DNA of 20,000 nucleotides from an uncultured virus (IMG/VR IMGVR_UViG_3300001242_000018) (Duplodnaviria > Heunggongvirae > Uroviricota > Caudoviricetes). How positions within the stretch are numbered: the first letter of the stretch is position 1; every line of letters begins with the position of its first letter. Shown piece by piece: positions 15,739-20,000 of this stretch. The stretch is from IMG/VR virus record IMGVR_UViG_3300001242_000018, positions 117,037 to 137,036 of that record; one strand, given 5' to 3'. The notes under the pieces were generated by a model that saw only the letters and a list, made by a program, of their open reading frames with translations, was not told the origin of the DNA and did no database searches. Made by a program: the position numbers and the translations under genes.

Positions 15739-17577
15739 GATATAGTGTTTTGGTATTTCTTTAATAAATCTGGATAGTTTACCTTCTACGTGATTACCAT
15801 ACAAATAGCGCTCTTTAACCCAGGATATAAAAAGTCGGTTCCCTGCTCGGGTAAGTGCTACGTACATACCCCGACGCTCTTCTTCTAGGGTACGTAAATC
15901 ATTCATACTATTCTTATGTGGGAATGTACCTTCTTCAGCCCCTATTAAGAATACAACGTCAAACTCAAGACCTTTAGAGCCATGTACCGTCATAAGTTTT
16001 ACACCTGGGCCGTCTTTATCATTAGTACTTGATAAAGCAGCCTGACTTAAAAACTCTGTTATCATGTGATAGCCCTTACTTAGTTCTAAAAGTCTTTCTA
16101 CATTGGCTACTCTTTCTTCGCCTGTAGATTTATCTGCAGAGAGAGTATTAATACAATCAGACTTAACTATAATCTGTCTTAGCACCTCGTAAGGAGATGA
16201 TAGTACTGATATATCCTTCAGTTCTTTCACCATATAACCGAACTCATTTATCTTTTTGTTCGGTGAGTTTATACATGTATCAATCAAATCACCATTACTT
16301 ATTTCTATAACCCGGCTAACAATCTTAGCTCCGACGCCCGGTTGAAGTAAGGCTACTCTCTTAAAGACATCCTTATCAAAAGGATTAGCTATCAATTGCA
16401 TATGAGCAATTAAATCTTTAATCTCTTTACGCTGGTAGAAACTTACCCCACCTACCAGTGTATAAGGAATATTGTACTCAAGCAAAGCTCTTTCTGCAGG
16501 TTTAGATTGAGCATTAGTACGGAATAGGATAGCTATCTTGTTATACGCATTACCCTCTCTGATTAACCTTACGATGTTAGAAGCTACACCCATTGCTTCT
16601 TCTCTTTCATCGTAATATTTCACCAGCTCAATTGGGGCACCTGCTGTATTTATAGTATACGATTTCTTAGGCAGCCGACTTTTGTTATTAGCTACTACGA
16701 AGTCTGCAGCATCAACTACGGTCTTAGTCGATCTGTAGTTTCTTTCAAGTTTACATAGCTGAGCCTGGGGATAATCTCGCTGAAAGTTTAGGATATTTGT
16801 AATATCAGCACCGCGCCAGCCATATATACTTTGATCCGGATCTCCACATACCCACAGAGCGGCAACTGGATTTAATAATCTTTGTATTAACACATACTGT
16901 GAATGGTTGATATCTTGATACTCATCAACCAGTAGATGCTGGAACTTATTATGAGCCCAGTATCTCGCATGTGCATCAAGTTCTAATAGCTGTATAGTTC
17001 TTAAGATAAGATCGTCAAAGTCCATAGCATGGTTGGCTAAAAGTTCTCTGGTATAATCAGAGTATACTTTGGCAATCTGCTCGGCCTTAAGTCTTGTTCC
17101 ATCTGTCGGTAAATTATTAAATACAAATTGAGGACTCTTAAGTTTGTTCTTCCAATCAGATATCTTACCGACAATGCCATTTATTTCATTGTATTCAGTA
17201 GGCATACCGTAAGATTTCATAATACGTCTTATGACAGCCTTAGAATCATCGGCATCGTAGATGGTAAATGCACTACTAAAGCCTATATTATTAGCATACT
17301 TACGTAATATCCTACAGCATAATCCATGAAATGTACCTACCCATATCCTATTCGTCTGTACATTCATTTTCTGTAGACGAGCGACCATTTCATTAGCGGC
17401 TTTATTTGTAAAGGTAACAGCCATAATAGTACCCGGATCAAATCCCATGTTAATTGAGTGAGCTATCCTAAAAGTTAGACATCTGGTTTTACCGGAACCA
17501 GCGCCGGCTAATACTAATACTTGTTGATTCGTAGCTACAACTGCTTGTAACTGCTCTGGATTTAACTGAGTTAGCAA
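15712..17577 (-). CDS. pcrA: PcrA/UvrD SF1 helicase
   Basis: AGAGSGKT, TFTNKAA, DEYQD, GDPDQSIYGWRGA, NYRST, TVHGSKGLEF, EEERR.MYVALTRA. Confidence 0.95.
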   Translation of the reverse strand: MLTQLNPEQLQAVVATNQQVLVLAGAGSGKTRCLTFRIAHSINMGFDPGTIMAVTFTNKAANEMVARLQKMNVQTNRIWVGTFHGLCCRILRKYANNIGFSSAFTIYDADDSKAVIRRIMKSYGMPTEYNEINGIVGKISDWKNKLKSPQFVFNNLPTDGTRLKAEQIAKVYSDYTRELLANHAMDFDDLILRTIQLLELDAHARYWAHNKFQHLLVDEYQDINHSQYVLIQRLLNPVAALWVCGDPDQSIYGWRGADITNILNFQRDYPQAQLCKLERNYRSTKTVVDAADFVVANNKSRLPKKSYTINTAGAPIELVKYYDEREEAMGVASNIVRLIREGNAYNKIAILFRTNAQSKPAERALLEYNIPYTLVGGVSFYQRKEIKDLIAHMQLIANPFDKDVFKRVALLQPGVGAKIVSRVIEISNGDLIDTCINSPNKKINEFGYMVKELKDISVLSSPYEVLRQIIVKSDCINTLSADKSTGEERVANVERLLELSKGYHMITEFLSQAALSSTNDKDGPGVKLMTVHGSKGLEFDVVFLIGAEEGTFPHKNSMNDLRTLEEERRGMYVALTRAGNRLFISWVKERYLYGNHVEGKLSRFIKEIPKHYIIATQDAWD

Positions 17578-18071
17578 TCTTTTTCACCTGCTTCATATAA
17601 TACAACTCGACCACTTAGTACGCTGGCCGGCACTTTGATTAAACGTTGATTGAGACTCCCTCTATAAGCTACATTATTACTATGTAACTCTTTCATATAG
17701 GGGCCATCTACAATTACATCAACAAAACTAATTGTCATGATGTCTTTAATCTCTTCCCAAGTAGCACCTGTATACATCCATACATCCTTGCCAGAATAAT
17801 ACTCCTTAAAGTAAATCAGAAAGTCTATAATTTCATTCCACTGGTACATAGGATCTCCACCTGATAAGGTAATCCCTTGTATCAGTGGATTCATGCGTCG
17901 GTCGATACTTGCAATAAGTTCTTTTGTTGAAACCTCCTTACCCTTCTTGAAATCATGAAGCCCTGGATTATGACAACCAGGGCAATCACGTTTACAACCC
18001 TGAAAGAAAATGACTATTCTTAATCCAGGGCCATCTACTACAGATTCTGATACTATTTTATGAATACGCAT
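17571..18071 (-). CDS. nrdG: anaerobic ribonucleotide reductase activating radical SAM enzyme
   Basis: SVVDGPGLR, GCKRDCPGCHNP, SGGDP, DVIVDGPY, RGSLNQRLI. Confidence 0.9.
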   Translation of the reverse strand: MRIHKIVSESVVDGPGLRIVIFFQGCKRDCPGCHNPGLHDFKKGKEVSTKELIASIDRRMNPLIQGITLSGGDPMYQWNEIIDFLIYFKEYYSGKDVWMYTGATWEEIKDIMTISFVDVIVDGPYMKELHSNNVAYRGSLNQRLIKVPASVLSGRVVLYEAGEKDC

Positions 18072-18075
18072 AATA

Positions 18076-19338
18076 TTATCCTCTCACTGGTTCTGGTATT
18101 GGCCAATCTTCCATAGGAGGTACATGAGTAGGTGGATTTAGTTGTTGTATTTCGGGCGATTCCATTAGTTGCCCGGTTTCGTTTCCGGTAACAATCTCTA
18201 TATCAATATCTGTTGCGCTACCTTCCGGAATTTCATCTTCATCGATCATAGGTACGTTACTCATTCTTGAAGCAAAGGAAGCTTGCATTCTGTCAAAGAG
18301 AAGTTGTTTTAAAGTAGGATTTCTTTTAAACTCTTCTCTTAGCTGAGCGGTACCGTTTACCTTATACGGCTTATTATCCGCGCCATTAAGTTCTGGCTGT
18401 CCTGTAGTAGGATCGATAAATGTCATCCAACTACCGCTCTTCTGTACAACAAAGAGATCGTGACCTAAATCGTAAACTTCTTGAGCAAAATCAACACCCT
18501 CGTTATACAGAACAGAGAATGTGGCTACCTTATGAGGAGCTGCTACTTTATTCTTTATTACCTTTACGGTAGTAGCATGGCCAATGATATCTGTACCAAC
18601 TTTAACAAATTCCCCTTTTCGAACATCAAGTCTTACAGAGGCGTAGAACTTTAACGCACGACCGCCCGGGGTTGTCTCGGGATTGCCGTATCCGCCAACC
18701 TTTTCTCTTAACTGATTAATGAAGATTACAAGTACTTTATGTTTAGCAACCAAATTTGTAAGTTTACGCATTGCTTGACTCATTAAACGAGCCTGTAAAC
18801 CGACATGACTATCGCCCATCTCTCCGTCTAGTTCTTTTTGTGGTACAAGGGCTGCTACAGAGTCGACAACAGCGACATCTACCATATTAGTCTTAACAAG
18901 AGCTTCTACAATAGCAAGAGCTTTCTCTCCACTTGCAGGTTGGCTATACAGTAGACTATCAATATCAACTCCCTGTAATTTCGCCAGCTCTATATCTAAA
19001 CCACATTCTGGATCTACATATGCACTTTTCTTACCGGTATTGAGTATTCTGGCAAGAGCTTGAGCTTCCGAGACAATGCCTAAAGCGATACCAGTCTTAC
19101 CGGAATGTTCCGGGCCGTATATCTCCATAATTCTGCCTCTAGGAGCTCCGCCTATACCAAGAGCAATGTTTAAAGCCATAGATTTAGTAGGTATTGCTTC
19201 AACTCTTAGTAAGGCTTTCTCCTGACCTAGGTACATTATACTACCGATACCCATTAATTTATTAATAGCATCCATAGTAGCATCAAGTATACTTTGACCT
19301 TCTTTAGCTACTACTATGGTTTTCTCTTTTCCAGCCAC
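18076..19338 (-). CDS. recA: RecA recombinase with acidic/Pro-rich C-terminal extension
   Basis: GPEHSGKT, VDSVAAL, QARLMSQAMRK, INQLREKVG, GGRALKFYASVRL, KNKVAAP. Confidence 0.97.
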   Translation of the reverse strand: MAGKEKTIVVAKEGQSILDATMDAINKLMGIGSIMYLGQEKALLRVEAIPTKSMALNIALGIGGAPRGRIMEIYGPEHSGKTGIALGIVSEAQALARILNTGKKSAYVDPECGLDIELAKLQGVDIDSLLYSQPASGEKALAIVEALVKTNMVDVAVVDSVAALVPQKELDGEMGDSHVGLQARLMSQAMRKLTNLVAKHKVLVIFINQLREKVGGYGNPETTPGGRALKFYASVRLDVRKGEFVKVGTDIIGHATTVKVIKNKVAAPHKVATFSVLYNEGVDFAQEVYDLGHDLFVVQKSGSWMTFIDPTTGQPELNGADNKPYKVNGTAQLREEFKRNPTLKQLLFDRMQASFASRMSNVPMIDEDEIPEGSATDIDIEIVTGNETGQLMESPEIQQLNPPTHVPPMEDWPIPEPVRG

Positions 19339-19628
19339 TATTTATCAGCCTCCAACATCCCCTTAATTGTTACAAGCGTATTCTTTACAGCCATACCTTC
19401 GATTCCAAGTCCCTTCGCCTGCTTTAAGGCAGTATTTAATAAGTCGAACATTCGAGACTTGTCCATCTTTACAGGCTTATTGTTTGAGTAAGTTTCTGAT
19501 AAATCATTTAAGTCCTGACTAACCTTTAGTCTAGCATCCTCCTTTGTGAGGCCTGTCTGTATATAAGCCTCACAAAGGTAGATAGCCATCTGGTTAAGTC
19601 CTGATTTAGACTGGTTTACAGGGTTCAT
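19338..19628 (-). CDS. hypothetical protein
   Basis: TAATG coupling upstream; abuts recA. Confidence 0.7.
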   Translation of the reverse strand: MNPVNQSKSGLNQMAIYLCEAYIQTGLTKEDARLKVSQDLNDLSETYSNNKPVKMDKSRMFDLLNTALKQAKGLGIEGMAVKNTLVTIKGMLEADK

Positions 19629-20000
19629 TAAAACGGTAAAGTCGGGTCTGTCGGGCCACCCGGATAACCACCCTGCTGAGCCGGATTAGGAGCGGTTTGC
19701 GGCTGTTGAGCAGGTTGCTGGTACGGTTGAGCAGGCTGCGCCGGTTGTTGATAAGGCTGTTGATACGGCTGAGCCGGTTGTCCTTGCTGTACAGGTTGCT
19801 GACCGGGTTGTTGATAAGGCTGCTGAGCCGGTTGCTGATACGTTTGTTGTGCAGGTTGCTGACCGGGTTGCGGAGCAGGCTGCTGATAAGGTTGTTGGTA
19901 CTGCTGAGTTTGCTGAACCGGCTGTTGTACAGGTTGCTGTGCCGGCTGTTGGTATGGCTGCTGTACAGGCTGTTGAGTCGGTTGCTGATAAGGTTGTTGG
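19628..20000 (-). CDS. 3' part of a probable single-stranded DNA-binding protein (partial)
   Basis: open frame from the window edge; Q/P/Y low-complexity linker ending GGYPGGPTDPTLPF*, an SSB-type tip; two genes upstream of recA. OB fold lies outside the window. Confidence 0.65.
   Translation of the reverse strand, partial: QQPYQQPTQQPVQQPYQQPAQQPVQQPVQQTQQYQQPYQQPAPQPGQQPAQQTYQQPAQQPYQQPGQQPVQQGQPAQPYQQPYQQPAQPAQPYQQPAQQPQTAPNPAQQGGYPGGPTDPTLPF
19675..20000 (-). repeat. degenerate 12-nt coding tandem repeat encoding QQP[Y/A/V/G/T]
   Basis: repeated CAG/CAA CAA/CAG CCN NNN units. Confidence 0.9.

Noticed and set aside
15712..19338. Inteins or introns in recA, helicase or nrdG
   Set aside because: Motif spacing and lengths leave no room; RecA's extra length is a C-terminal tail
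2477..19491. Other short plus-strand ORFs in the track (e.g. 2477, 4632, 5435, 8436, 10129, 15155, 19294)
   Set aside because: All lie antisense to well-supported minus-strand genes and have no recognisable motifs
19675..20000. Repeats as CRISPR array or iterons
   Set aside because: Degenerate at third codon positions, no spacers; a coding low-complexity repeat

Overview
Gene-dense, AT-rich segment with almost every gene on the minus strand. It looks like the DNA replication/recombination region of a large phage or prophage of an anaerobic Bacillota host: strong AGGAGG RBSs, a perfect sigma-A promoter, a SigH-like sigma factor and NrdG, interspersed with many short ORFans. In transcription order (right to left): SSB-like C-terminal tail, recA, nrdG, pcrA/uvrD, putative Rad52-fold annealase, 3D-domain protein, a rearranged SbcCD/Mre11-Rad50 locus, an unannotated Cys-rich microprotein, MazG-like protein, radical SAM enzyme, family-4 UDG, SigH-like sigma factor, PPP phosphatase, Zn-ribbon proteins, DnaG primase and HTH regulators. 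In the SbcCD locus the nuclease is fused to the N-half ATPase up to the zinc hook, and the C-half ATPase is encoded separately after two intervening genes. The best leads are this fused-and-split Mre11-Rad50 machine (with a coiled-coil subunit ending in an SSB-like DFPF tip), the Cys-peptide/MazG/rSAM/UDG cluster, a complex leader upstream of the sigma gene, and several perfect palindromes. All calls come from motif recognition by eye; no searches were run.
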